A stretch of 64,000 bases of DNA from Hormiphora californensis (Eukaryota > Animalia > Ctenophora). The stretch is from NCBI GenBank assembly GCA_020137815.1, contig CM035351.1, forward strand, positions 8,990,001 to 9,054,000, in the 5' to 3' direction. Below, one piece after another: positions 27,180 through 40,648 of the stretch (within the stretch, counting starts at the first letter, position 1; every line of letters starts with the position of its first letter). The notes under the pieces are model-generated. The model did no database searches. It was given only the letters and a program-made list of their open reading frames with translations, and was not told where the DNA came from. A program made the position numbers and the translations under genes.

Positions 27180-27614
27180 CTAGATCCAAAAACCAAACAA
27201 GTTTGGTGGATAGCCGGGGCCGCAGAAATTTAAAAACGTGCGAAAGTTTTGATACATGAACTTTCGGGGCCTGGGGTGCTGTTAAATTCGCGTTTCCTTG
27301 ATTATAACCAGCAACATTTTCAAACTATACGCCAGGAAAACTATCGCAATGATTGCAAGTTATCACTATTTTTGATTCCACATTATCATACAAATAGCTC
27401 CACACATATCACGTATAATATACTGCACGCAGTGGATCGTTTCAGAGTCTGTTTTACAGAATAATAGTGTGTTTTGAAAGAACGGCTGACTATCATGGAA
27501 ACGCGAATTTAACAGCACCCCAGGCCCCGAAAGTTCATGTATCAAAACTTTCGCACGTTTTTAAATTTCTGCGGCCCCGGCTATCCACCAAACTTGTTTG
27601 GTTTTTGGATCTAG
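27180..27614. mobile_element. TA-flanked foldback MITE with ~119-bp TIRs
   Basis: CTAGATCCAAAAACC...CGCGTTTCC is inverted at 27497-27614; TA on both sides. Confidence 0.85.
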
Positions 27615-27633
27615 TATCAGGCATTTTGTTATA

Positions 27634-27696
27634 CTAGATGACATGCATTTTTTAATACAAGCTGCAGATTGTATTAAAAAATGCATGTCATCATAG
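27634..27696. repeat. 63-bp TA-flanked hairpin sharing the CTAGAT terminus of the neighbouring MITE
   Basis: CTAGATGACATGCATTTTTTAATACAA ... TTGTATTAAAAAATGCATGTCATCATAG. Confidence 0.7.
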
Positions 27697-27702
27697 TATC
27701 TT

Positions 27703-27960
27703 GGATATCAATTGCGAATAACGAATATGATAGTAATCGCGGACAACCAATCGCAGATAACTGGTCAAGAATCCGTTATAAGTTATCGCGATTAATTATC
27801 GCGATTAGCTATCGCGATTAGCTATCGCGATTAGCTATATTTGCGATTAGCTATCCGCGATTGGTAACTATCATATTACTCATTCGCGATGAGTTGTCGT
27901 GGTTAGTTATCTATATCCGCGATTACTATTATTTATTAGTTATCAGCGATTGATATCCGC
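27703..27960. repeat. Foldback with ATCGCGATTAGCT-type tandem units
   Basis: GGATATCAAT.GC / GCGATTGATATCC ends; repeated ATCGCGATTA(G/A) units. Confidence 0.5.
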
Positions 27961-28094
27961 GATTGGTTCTCAACGATTATTCTCTGATTTTGATTATTAG
28001 TTACGGATAACGATCACGGATAAGCATTGGTAATCAAATATATCTGTTACAATCAGGTTCTAGATGCTAATTCGCTCTTTTCTCGGTTTTTTTT

Positions 28095-28960
28095 TTCTAA
28101 ATCGTCTTATATTTAAGACAGTCATAACTCTAGATATGACTACCCATTATAACTGAAAATGCGGCAGTAAACCTTATTTTATAAAATAAATCTGATTCAA
28201 TATTAATTTAGACTCTGAAACGCTTCTTTCTAGGCGTTTTTAAAATCGTCTTAAATTTAAGACAGTCATAAATCTAGATATGACTTCCAATTATATCTGA
28301 AAATACAGCAGTTGACCTACGTTGGCAAAATATATGTGATAAAATCATGATTTATAGTTTAATTTGCTCTTTTCTAGGTTTTTTTGAAAATCGTCTTAAA
28401 TCTTAATACAGTCAGATGCCCGTAACTGAAGAACCGTAACTCGGATTTGCTTGAAATTTTGATCGTGTGTTCAAGATGTCGAGACAACATTACGTACCAA
28501 GCGGCGTATTCGTAGAACGACGGGAAAGCTGTCTTAGACGCCAAAGAAAACTTAAGACAGTCATAACTTTTGTTATGACTGTCCGTTTTCTCTGTCCAAG
28601 CTTTAATACAAGGTACACCACTAGACCTACCGACTCCCAAAGTTTCATGGTGATAGCTTTAAAACTCTGGCCTCTATTAAGTACGCAAAAAAGTGGTTAT
28701 TTTACGGTCGTTCGTGACGCGAAAAACGGACATTTTGTCTAAAATACGACCCTCTGTAACGTAAAAACCGTAACTCCGATTTGCATGAAATTTTGAACGT
28801 GTGCTCTAGGTGTCAAGGCAACACGAACTACCAAGCGGCAAGTTCGTAGGACAACGGGAAGGTTGTCTGAAACAAGGTTGAAATTGCCGATTTCAGACAA
28901 TAAGTATAGTAGCGCTGTCAAAATTTTCAAAAATTTTCAAAAAATTCAAAAAAATTTTTT
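28095..28960. mobile_element. Probable degenerate MITE with repeated AAATCGTCTTAAATTTAAGACAGTCATAA motifs
   Basis: Motif recurs at ~28099, 28243, 28388 and 28550; duplicated AACTC.GATTTGC.TGAAATTTTGA blocks; ends not defined. Confidence 0.45.
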
Positions 28961-31900
28961 CCGCAATTTCGATTTTCCATTCACTGGAAGCAAGAATGCT
29001 TGGAAAATGGATATTTTTAAGGGAAGGATGGTTGGGGGGAGGGAGGATTGGGCCCCGGGCGCTTGCCAGCGCTATGATACTAAGTCAGTATGACTATGAC
29101 AGTAGCATTAATAATCCATTATACCTACACATAATTCCTCTAATAATATGCAAGTATGGTATGGCCACGATTGCGGGGTGGTGGGGCACAAGAACGTGCC
29201 GCCATGGGCCCCATTATAGTCGATCACGATGACTATTTAGTTTGGTGACATTGACACCTTGCACTGCGAAGCAGAGAGGTAGCAATGGTACCAAACTATT
29301 AGTCATGTCATGGCTCGTTTTAGGGGCCGTTATAGTTTGATATAAATAATAGCTTGAGACGGTTGTCTCAAAGGTGATATTTGGCGAGAGCAGTTAAATT
29401 TTAAATGGTTTGTGCCTGTCTCGTCTGGCGAAACCGATGTGGTAGTGTACTTTTGCCATTGCATTTGATTCAATCTTTTAAATTAATCAAGAATTCAATG
29501 GAACTCTAAACGAGGGGAATGTTAGAGGCTTCGTAAACTTATAAATTTATTAGTTAGTCACGCGTCGTTATAGATTTTACTAATTAACTCAGACAGGTAC
29601 CTCATGAAGGTCACGCTAAATGAAATATTTGGGAGCGGATTACTAGTAACTATACTAGCTTAGTTCATTGGGGGCTTCATACCGCTACAGCGATCATGCT
29701 TTGGCTGCGAAGCAGCCCCTCCGCGAGCCCCTCCGTGAGGGGTTCGCGAAAAATCGCGCGCGAAAAAAGAGGGCGCGACGTGCCCAAGATCATGCTAGAC
29801 AGATCGATTGATAGAATTTGTTAGACGACACTTTCTGTGCTTCCGACAGGCATTTAGCTTATGATAGGATTAGGGGTGCTTGATTCTGGAATTGGGATAA
29901 AGAGTTGTCTGGGTATTTAGGCAAGGGTTCTGAATGGAGCCCCGTACTATAATAGTGCGTTGTACTTGTTGTGACTTGTTGTATGTTCAATAGTGGGGTC
30001 GGTAGTGGAGAATTATCGGATATGGTGTGCTCTACTTCTTGTAGTGCCACACACCAGCAAGTCTAGGATAGCCGTATGGACAAACTGCGTAGCATGGCAA
30101 AATAGCTCGATTCCCTGTTACATATATTGTCTGGCGGTGCCAGACCCCGTTTTGACAGTGCGCTTAGATAGGGTCGGCACCGCCAGACAGGATAAATTTG
30201 GAGGTTAGGAAGATCATGTTGAATTCTTCCTAGCCTCCGAATTTGAAAGTCTCAGAGGGTTAACTTGTGACCATTTATTGACCCCTTACCATGGGAAAAT
30301 TTCCCGGAATTATTATAAACCCCACGTTTTTTAGATTGGGTTGTGATTTAATCCAATCTTACTATATAATGCGAAAAGAGGTGAAACTTGATCTCCCCGG
30401 CCCCATGCATGTGATGAGGGTCCCCAAATTTCCCGTCATCAGTTCAGATCACATCACCCCACATGCATGATCAGATCCCCCCATCCAAGATCAGATCATC
30501 CCATTGAGGTTCAGATCACCCCAGTGGGTATCAGATCCCACATTTCACCCAGTAGTCCACTGTCCGTGATGAGATCCGAGAGATAGAGATAGAGATAGAG
30601 ATAGAGATAGAGATAGAGATAGAGATAGAGATAGAGATAGAGATAGAGATAGAGATAGAGCGAGAGAGAGAGAGAGAGAGATAAAATCGTAGCTGGCAGT
30701 GTCATAAAATTAAAGGTTGTATTATTTCAGCATGCTGCTATTAGCCGAAACTCAAAATCAAGTAAACTATTTAAGGTTATTATGTAGTTTTCTTGATTAT
30801 ATTTTAGATGAATAGTTAGTTTTACTGAGAGTGAGCTAATGGATCAAGCATGATGCAATATGTCTCCAAATTATATGGAGTTCAAATGGAGTTCGGGAAG
30901 GATTTTACTGTGGTCTTTATTAAGTTCGACTTCGTAACAATATCATAAAATTTGTACCATATTCAGCCTGAACTAAGGAATATTTATCTCAATTTATGAT
31001 AATATTAGCTATCTAAAAGGTAGTTCAAATTACATATATCTGCTGTAGATTCTACATAATATCGATGCTCGAGCACATGATGCTCATTGAACTATGATAA
31101 TATAAAGACTAAACCACATAAACCAACGTATTATCAAGCAATTGGCGATCTCGCTATACAAACTAAACCATTCACCGCCATGTGACTCGAATTATGTTAT
31201 TAGATCAAGCGACAAGCTTATTGATTTTCTCAAAAAAAGAAGCTTTCTCGAATATTATATTGACAAGGAGTGGCATAACTATCTAATATTATCTAATGAA
31301 CCAATTATATCATTGAGGTTTTGATCATCAGTTTTGATTTCAAACAAAGGAGAGAACTTATTAATACAAGTATAATGAGTTGAGAAAGTTTGATGTATGT
31401 TTATCAATATAGATGGAGCGAATATTCTTTGATTAATTAATCTTCTACATTATGTGTGGTCAGAAGCTACAAACATACAGAGATTTATCTTCGTTTTAAA
31501 TAGAATTCTTTGACGTCGTTCTACCTGGATACTGCACTAAGCACTTGCTATAATAAGTATATTCCCGAATACACCTTGACGTACTCCATATGAAGCTGAC
31601 ACTGTATTTTATCATGTAAAGGGCACAGCAATGACGTACATGCTAAGTTACATACTAGTAACTACTAAGTAGGCTCATTTTCAAGGAAAATGGCTATAAT
31701 ATTACAATGATTGATTAATTGACTGGTATCATTATAATATTGCTAACATCACCAAATAAATAACGGCCTGAACAATGGTATTGGTTCTGGCAGCTGGCAC
31801 TTCCGTCAATACATTATTATTGAAATAATTGCTTTGGTAGTACCAATGATAGTGATTTCTTCAGACACGTGCATTTCTGGCGCTAATTACTTTAAAAAGT

Positions 31901-33513
31901 ACTTTACAAGTTGCTGCACGTAATTATAGACCTGAGCCTTTTTGCCATGCTACGCAGTCTGTCTGTTCGGCACTTTAAGCGCCTCCGCCAGATCACACAC
32001 CACTATATACCTTCAATTAATCTAACATCTAGTCCGACAGGTTGAACTTGTAATGAAATCACTATCACTCTATCAGTATCAGTATCACTGCAGATTACAC
32101 GGTACTCTGAGTCTGCTCTACAACCTGGCATACTGAATCCGTTTAATTCTGATATTTTTTAATTATTACATGTGATATAATCTCGATATTAAACCGCTTA
32201 CTTCATACAATACGTTCCATTAAAATAGCTTGAAATTAAGTTTGTTTAACTTTACTCAGCCACACTGAGCGATTAATTTTCTTCTTCGGACAGCGAGTAT
32301 AGATCTATAATAATCGTCGACGATTTGTTGTAGTGTATATTGGTTTACAAACATTCCAAGTATGTACTTCTATGCGTACGCTGTCAGAGCATTGGCTTGA
32401 CAGGTCGTACTTGAATTTCTGTAGGCCATCACTGAGGCCATTCTGCACTTGTCACATTGCTCGACAGTTCGACATGAGAAATATAGTCCATAGTACTGAA
32501 ATATGTCGAACTTAGCAATGTGAAACAAAGCTACCGCCTAGTTGCAACATACCGCTGCGAAATTATTGTTTTAACCTCTATAGATTCAGTCATCTGTTTC
32601 ACCATGTTATATCTCTGTTGACTGTTGAATGTTGATGCAATGATGTGAACTGTGTGATATGACATGAAGTTAACTAATTAAGCCATTCAAGTTTCTAACA
32701 TGGTCATGATGTATTCTATTTTACTTACCAGCTTTTAGCTTTCATAATTGGGTTGATTTCCCAGAAATAAAAGATCCCTTCATTTAATCAGAAACATGTT
32801 GATGTAGCTACCACATGTGTGGCTGTGCTTCATACTTCGAATTATGAATGTGAAATAACAAATTAACACTGTCGACATCTTTATCAGCAGACACAAACAA
32901 CACCCCGAAACTGGTAGTTGTCGAACAACACACTAATGGCACTGGTGCTATCACGTTATACCAACGTCTTACCAACTGAATTTCAGAATAGTATCTGGGC
33001 CCTACCAATTCAATACAGCACACATAAGTGTGTAATATGCGTTAGGTGTGTGGCATACATAGAAGCTTACCATACACATAATTAATATCAACGTGACTAC
33101 TAGATATTAGATTGGAATATGTAGATACCCCAGCTAGTACCCTAAACTATAGTAGCTGTAGTAATATTCCTAGAAAACCGACCAAGATATGTAATTAATT
33201 AAACAATTATAATTGTATGTAGAGCAACAGATATGTTATTAAGGCTGGCCAACAACACGATCTAAGCTCATCAATAATGTTTATTTGTATTATATTTATA
33301 GTTTATAGTCAACATTATTTCTGTGAAATATTATTTCTTTTGGCCCTTTTTCCAAGTATTGGCCCCTCTCTCTCATTTTCCAATATTATTATTATTACTC
33401 TGGGTCATCGTATTGCAACCAAGGGAGACCCACATCTGTTGTTGAAAATTTTCTGTTCTAGAGGCGTACTGAATTGGATTACCCTCTTGCTTGGATCTCA
33501 TACTACGTAGATG

Positions 33514-33600
<87 letters not shown>

Positions 33601-33802
33601 TGAAACCACAAGTTCATGAATGAGAACATCCCTTGCTTTGCAGAGTGTTTTGCTATCAAGCCTGCAATGATTGCACCAACTTTGCAACATTCTCAGAATG
33701 ATTGTCTCAGTTCTTAGAATCTTTTTTTGCAGAATAAAATAATTAGGGCATGTCCTATCATTCAATCAATTGCTTTTCTAAATAATCCCAACATAGCTCC
33801 AC

Positions 33803-35806
33803 ATGGAATTCTATACGAACGACACTGGAGGAAGCCCCGCTGCTCTAAGTGAATTGACCAGTACGACCCCTCCTTCTATCGATATATACGACCCAGAGAG
33901 GGGCATCGCTCTATGGTGGCTGGATCTAACCTTTGGAGTTCTCTTTGTTCTCTCTATAGGGCAGGCCATGGTGGGAAATACAGCAATCCTCGTTCTACTG
34001 GTCCGATACAAACCATACATTAGGTAAGGATATAATCTGGTTCTCCCTCCTACTATCTCTGTTTCCTGCCCCTACCCCGAGCAATATGATTCCTAAAGTA
34101 TCCCTGTTTCAGCGCTAACGCATTCACAGTGCTGGCAGTGACACTCTCTGTGAGTGATATACTCATGGTGACTCTATCTGGTATTCCTAATGTGATATCG
34201 CTCCTTCAAATGAGATCAACTCTCCCGGGCTCCATCTGCAGTCTGTCAGGGTGGATGCTGAACTTCAATAACAAAGTCAACTCATTTGTTACAACATGCA
34301 TCTGTCTCGTCAGGTAATTGGGCAGCCTGCCAAACTTGTCATCCCAGTGTTCCTGAATTCACACCATCTTTTAGGATAATGTTATCGTGTTTGCAGGTTG
34401 GTAGTGGTTGTGAAGCCTATAAAAGCTCGGATTCTTCTAAACAAGCCGTGCCTGCTGTCCGTGGTGACGGTTTGTGTTGCAGTGGCAACTCTCTACTCCT
34501 CACTGCCCTTCATGCTTAGTGAGGTGACATTAAAACAGATCACCTACTACTCCTATCACAGGTATCAGTGCAACAGAAGGTGTTAACCCTAACTAGTAAC
34601 TTTTTATACACTTTTTATTCCCAGTTTTCTGTATGTAACCCGGACTAAAACTTTCTGTCTGTCCCACAGGTCTATTTTCCAGCTTTCTAATATAACTTTG
34701 CTCCCCACAGGTTTATTGGGTTTTGTATGTTCTTTGTGTTCTTTACAAGCAGTCGACTACTCTGGTACCTATCAACCGTAGTGATAGAGGGAGTGCTATT
34801 TGTACCATTCTCTGTTGCCATAGTAACATGCTCAATCCTTATCTACACCCTCAAGCGACGTGACAAGTGAGCATGTGGATTTAACATGAAACTAGTTATA
34901 GCCAACCTATGTCCTATCCAATTCACATTAGGATATTGGGTATTGGACATCCTCGTCTTTTTAACCCATCTTACTTCAGGTATATAGGTCTGGAGGCCAA
35001 GAACGATGGCAAGAGGGCAGCCGCACTTGTTATCATTCGTGTTACCGTGTTAACCCTAATTTGTGTTACCCCTCAGCTGCTATTCTCAGTGTATGACAAA
35101 CTAAACTACACCTACCAACTCAACTGGTAAGGGGTTATATTAGGGCTGTGTTTATTAAATGCGGTACTCTAAAGATGGGATGCGTTTTTCTTCAATATGA
35201 GATTGGATAAAATTCAGTACTGGCCCTAATAACAAACACAAACACCCCTCAATAACGTACCTCTGATTACAGGGTGAATCTCAAGTTGTACATGTACGCC
35301 AACTACATGTTCGGTCAGCAGCTCATGACGTATTTGAGGGCCTCCATTAATCCCCTTCTTATAGACATGCCATCATACCTGCGGAGGGGAAAGCAGTTGA
35401 GGACCAACGCAATAGCAATGGTTAGTCTGACAGACAGAGGTACTAGAATGAGGGAGTCATTAGAGGGGACCTGGTTAGAGCATTTAACAGTGTCTCGCCA
35501 CTTACCCAATTCTTTCAGAAGAGTGCCCGGGTGTTCCAGTCCGCCAAGATGCAGTCCCTTTCTGATGGTGTCCCCCGAATGGCTATCTCCATGCCCCGAT
35601 CCCTTAGTGTTGTCACCACCCCTCGCCGTGTCTCTGCCACCAGCACTACAACCATCTTGAGAAAGGATGAACCGGTGGTAGTACGGAGGGCAACACTTCA
35701 AATACCCAGAAGAAAGGAGAGCATTGTCAGTAGTAGAAGGAGAAGATCTCGGAGTCTGGGCGGTAAACCAGTCAGGGTATCGTTACAGGCAACAATAGTT
35801 CTGTAA
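33803..35806 (+). CDS. Divergent class-A (rhodopsin-like) orphan GPCR, ~7 exons (33803-34023, ~34113-34313, ~34397-34561, ~34711-34866, ~34980-35126, ~35273-35420, 35519-35806)
   Basis: TM1 GNTAIL, TM2 LSVSDIL, TM3 Cys (ICSLSGW), DRY position reads VRL, TM6 LICVTPQ, TM7 SINPLL; basic Ser/Thr-rich C-tail. Confidence 0.85.
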
Positions 35807-35997
35807 GGGATAGAGCTGTGGAATAAGAATGAAGGGAGGGAACTGTGGAGTATAGAAATGGGGGAGGTTGCCCTGTGGACACAGTGAGAGAATCAGTTAT
35901 GGGGTCGGGGGGAACTATTTTAATTATTTACACAAAACTCCATCAACAGATAAACATATACACACAGAAACTGTCAGTGTCAGCTGCCCACAAAGGA

Positions 35998-38784
35998 TCA
36001 TTGTCGCTCTACTTGGAGACTGCAATCAGATTTGATGTAATAGTACGCGAGATCCCTAGTGGGGTCCTCTGTTAGGACAATCTTTTGATTTGCTGGATCT
36101 ATCCACGATATAAGCTGGTCTTTGGGTGCTATCTTGAATTGTCGCTGAATCATAACTTGAATGTTCTTAACTAACGTTGTCCGTAATACTTTCTTGGTAA
36201 ATGTTTTCCCCGATTCACTACTCTGTATAGTTACCACAATGGCTTGCTCCTTGATGGAGGCGATCTTGGGTTGCCCCTGCCCCGGTTCACCGTGCTCCTT
36301 CACAAGCTCCTTATACCGCTGGTGAATGGTAAAGAATGCACCACCATCACCCCCTCCAGCTGCAGTATGGTAGTCGGCTGCAAAGTATTTTAGATAAAAC
36401 AGCTCCGCTTGGAGCCGCTCCGTGTCGGTGATAGGAGAGCCGTTTAGTTTAGCAATGTGTGTCAGCATTGCTACAACTAGTAGTCTCATATCTAGACCAG
36501 GTCCTTGGTCTGTCAGTGGGTTCTTCCTGATACGCAATGTAGTTAGAGCAGGGAGAGTGGCAATTTGGGCCACACTTTCCCACCCAGATATACTGTTGTT
36601 ATCCAGAGAGAGGCAGGATAGCCGTGAGAATTGATCCTGGGAGACAGTTACTTGTGAGATATGGTTGTTGGACAGGATCAGAGTATGTAGGTGTGGGAGG
36701 GAGGATAGGTCAGTAAGAGAGGACCAAGATGTGATATTTGAAAACTGTAAATCGAGGACTTCTATCTTTCCAAATGCATCTGTGGGCGTATTTCCGACTT
36801 GAAGAGAGGAGCCAGAGATGTAGAGTTCTCGAAGGTTTGGAAAAAGGGATGCAATGCTGCAGAGTTCCTCCCAAGATACACCTGAAAAGGGATCTTTTAG
36901 AATCAACAAAGTAAAGGCAAGTGTTTCCCGACATCCGGAAAGTCTATCTAATTAGTAATTGTGGACGGGTTGCAGGATGCACTTTGTATTGTTCACAAGG
37001 TGCACTGCATCTGCAGTTGCCAATGGACGGGCTCCAGTTCGCACTCGACCTCTCTCTCCCTTGCGCGGCAACCTTTACAAAAAGAAGGTGAGGCGATCGC
37101 GCGCAAAGTTCAATCGTCCCAAAGCTGCGACAACATTTGTCCCAAATAGCCTCGATCTTTAACTGTTCACCCCCCCCCCCCTTTTACATTACCAAGCAAC
37201 GTACCTGATGATGCAAGATATATCCTCTCTAGAGAAGTGTGGGGTCCTCTTTCACCTCTCACATCTCTAACTGTGAACACATTGCCTGGGAGAAGAAAGT
37301 AGTATAATGGTACCTCAAACTATAATCAGGGCTGGCCACTGTATTGTTCAAGCAGACAAGACGGTCTGTCAATGCTAAACCTCCATCATCTAACCTTTTA
37401 GTTGGATAGTCTGTAGAGCGGGCATTAGGTAGATAATATCAAGAACATCATTAATATCAGTAAACAGGTTTAGTGACATGTCCATAGTAAGTGTGTTCTC
37501 ACACTTTTCCTTTATAAATCCCGTATCTCCTACACTTGATATACTCTGTTCTCTGAAGTGATATATGGAAATTCAGTTGGAAATAATTTGAGAGAGGTTC
37601 CCATGCCCTAAAGAACAGAAAGAAGCGGTATTCTCTGTCTCTCTCCCCCTCTCTGTCTCTGTCTCTGTCTTTGTCTTTGTCTTTGTCTTTGTCTTTGTCT
37701 TTGTCTTTGTCTCTGTCTCTGTCTCTGTCTCTGTCTCTGTCTCTCTCTCTCCCCCTCTCTGTCTCTCTGTCTCTCTCTCCCCCTCTCTGTGTCTCTGTCT
37801 CTCCACCCTCTCTCTGTCTCTCTGTCTCTCTCCACCCCCTTATAGAATGTTACCTCATGACCAGATTCTGCAGTGTCCCAGCTCTGTATACATCAGCATC
37901 AGAGAGGGCCACAAGTTCCACAATTGTGCTACTTGAGTCTCTATTCAATATCGTCATAGAATCACCCTAGGGAAACACAGTTATAGAGCCATATTACTGC
38001 CACTAGAGAGAGAGCACTGGCCTACTGATAAATTCACGTGGCTCTGTTAGTAGGGGATATTGGTGCACAATGCGTGGCTCACATATTACATGGGGTGCGT
38101 TATACCACGCTAGTGTCCACTACTGCAGCGTAACAGAGACATACCCTAACATTTCAACCCACAGAGGACAGTTATCAGTTATTAGTAAATTGAGGAGTGA
38201 GAAATTGTAACATACCGTGCCAGTAACATCGGTGTAACGCATTTTGAGCATCTCACTGAAAGAGTACCCGGGAATTATCTTGTGAGCTCGCACGAAACTG
38301 CCACACCCCGGCCTTGCCTCAAAATACCTGAAGGAGATAGGGACAATTAGACTTGGCTCGAAAAACCAGATGTAGTCGAAAGTATACAACTGATAAGCAA
38401 ATATTAAGATAACACTAGTCAAATATTATGATAACCCTAGTTTTTCCCACAATTGTTTCTCAAACACCCTTGTTACACCATTGTTCCACAATTGTTTTGC
38501 TTACTTATTTCTCCCTGATTTTCCGTCTCCCACTTCTTAGTTTTTCTAACAGTCTCTCTCTCCCTCTTTCTATGGGCTGTGTTAAAGCTCTTCCTACTAT
38601 CTCATTACATACTGTATACAGCTGTATTCGCGGTAACTCGTTTGCGTTATGCTTGCTTACAAAGATAGGCAGTTGCCAGTTAGTTCTAATTTATGCAGTT
38701 TATGTATTCGTCAACCGTTGATTTTATAAAGAGAGAGAGGGAGAGAGAAAGATGAGAGAGAGAGAGAGAAAGATGAGAGAGAAA

Positions 38785-38873
<89 letters not shown>

Positions 38874-40275
38874 GATAGAGAGATAGAGAGATTTACCGTT
38901 TTCCATCATGAGATCCGTCGTGTTTACCCCTATTTTCTTCTTCCCATTCAATACCAATCCATTCTCCTGAAACATACATTGTTACACATTTACATTTATT
39001 ATTACAATAATTATTGATTTAGTTGATGTGGTGACCCTCTGAAAAAGTAGCAAATAAATCATCCGAGACTCGCACAACTGAAACATAATATAAATTAGTA
39101 TTTTCTTTTCTGACTTCTCTTTTATTCCCCCTGTTGCCCCACACAGAGAATGGAGGAGTTTGTGTATAAAGTGATAGTCATTGGTAACCCTAAGGCAGGA
39201 AAGAGCCAGTTTTTAAATCAGTATGTCAACAACAAGTTTTACGAAAATTATACTAAAACTATGCGAGGTAAGTGCTGTCCAGTTGAAGTTGTTTCGAGTT
39301 GAAGTTGTTTCGAGTTACCGATTAGCAGAAGCACTTTGTCGTCTAGTTTTGATAATATGTATGTTATATTTATTATATGACGAAACATACATTTTCAGTT
39401 GATTTTCTACTAAAAGTCAAAGAGGTCCGGGGCAGGATGCTAAGGATTCAATTCTGGGATATAATGGGCCAGGAGTATACTAAAGTTCTCTCCAGGAACT
39501 TCTATACCGGATCCAGTGCATGTCTAATCGTGTTTGATATTACAGACAATAGCTCCTGTGAAGCAGTTGCGGAGTGGAAACGAGAACTTGATCAGAAACT
39601 AGACAACATACCAGTGTTCATTATTGCTAACAAAGTAAGGAACTACATTATTCTTTATAAAAACTTGATTTATAAAAACTTGATTTCTATGATTATTTCT
39701 GATAACATTTGCAGAGTGATCTGTTAGACGACGAGACTCCTCCCGTCCTTGATGACATGGATTTTGATGTTTTCAAGAGAGATTTAGGGGCAAAGGAGTT
39801 GTGGATGGTTAGTGCGAAGACTGGACAAAATATTGAGAGGTGTATGAGCAGCCTTGACTCAACGGTAAATCAGAAATTCCAAAGCCAGATGAGCACGTTT
39901 CAAACTTGATGTCAGTATTTGTATACATGATCAGACCCCGTAGAGAACAAGAGTCTAAAACCCTCAGTAACATACAGTCTTGGCTGATAAAACTAAAACT
40001 TTCCAGTCATTAGTGTTTGAACGTGATACGTGAGCGTTTAACCTGCTTCAAAAATCAAATAAATATTAAATAAACCTCTAATAAACCTAAATTTTCAGCT
40101 GCTGCAAGAAGAGGAGCCTGTGGTAGATGAAAGGGATGACGACACGATAGAGATTATACCTGGTCCCCCTAGACGGACGTGCTGCTAACCTACCTTTAGT
40201 GCCAGAGACTTCTCCCAAATATTTGACAATTGCTCCGTAGTCGCCAATCTGAACTCGTTGTCCTATAACAACCAT
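35998..40275 (-). CDS. TBCE: Tubulin-specific chaperone E (CAP-Gly, LRR, ubiquitin-like). Exons 40275-40194, 38966-38897, 38327-38216, ~37966-37854, ~37590-37313, a small exon near 37205-37227, ~36881-35998
   Basis: IGQRV...VKYLGEV..TK|GEWIGIEWEEENRGKHDGSHDGKR|YF is a CAP-Gly with GKHDG; LRRs (LSNNHI, LDNNSI, IRKNPL); R.QAELFYLK; C-terminal UBL. Confidence 0.92.
39150..40188 (+). CDS. Rab32/38/29-like small GTPase nested antisense in TBCE intron 1. Exons 39150-39267, 39399-39634, 39715-39864, 40099-40188
   Basis: G1 GNPKAGKS, switch I TMRVDF, G3 WDIMGQE, FDIT, WKRELD, G4 NK|SD, G5 SAK; last exon ends PPRRTCC* (CC geranylgeranylation motif); all GT-AG and in phase. Confidence 0.9.
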
Positions 40276-40460
40276 TGATCTATGTAAAATATTAAAGCTT
40301 TTATAAAAGAACTGTTAATTTCAATGTAGTATCGCTGTGCTGTGTATTACTAAACATCTCACAAAAGACTGCCCTCTCCGAACCGGGCCTGGTGAGGACA
40401 GGGACAACCTGTCACCCCATATTGGACAATGCACATTGTGGTGCATACCATAACGCTACA

Positions 40461-40648
40461 GTTACAAAATTGAAACCGGACATCAGTTTCTCTGGACAGC
40501 TGGGACACTCCTGGTAAACCATGCTGCACGCGACATTTTCGATCACGTGATCCATGTGAATTGCATTGAGAGTTATCACGTCAGCACTCCAAAGAGAAAC
40601 TGACACCAGTTTTCACAGAAAACTGATACCAGGTTTCAATTTTGTAAC
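40461..40648. mobile_element. Small MITE
   Basis: IR GTTACAAAATTGAAACC / GGTTTCAATTTTGTAAC. Confidence 0.55.

Noticed and set aside
33803-35806. Possible opsin
   Set aside because: The residue seven positions before the TM7 proline is Tyr, not the retinal-binding Lys.
39709-39909. Rab apparently lacking a prenylation motif (ORF ends STFQT*)
   Set aside because: A GT donor at 39865 and an in-phase exon 40099-40188 supply the RRTCC* end.
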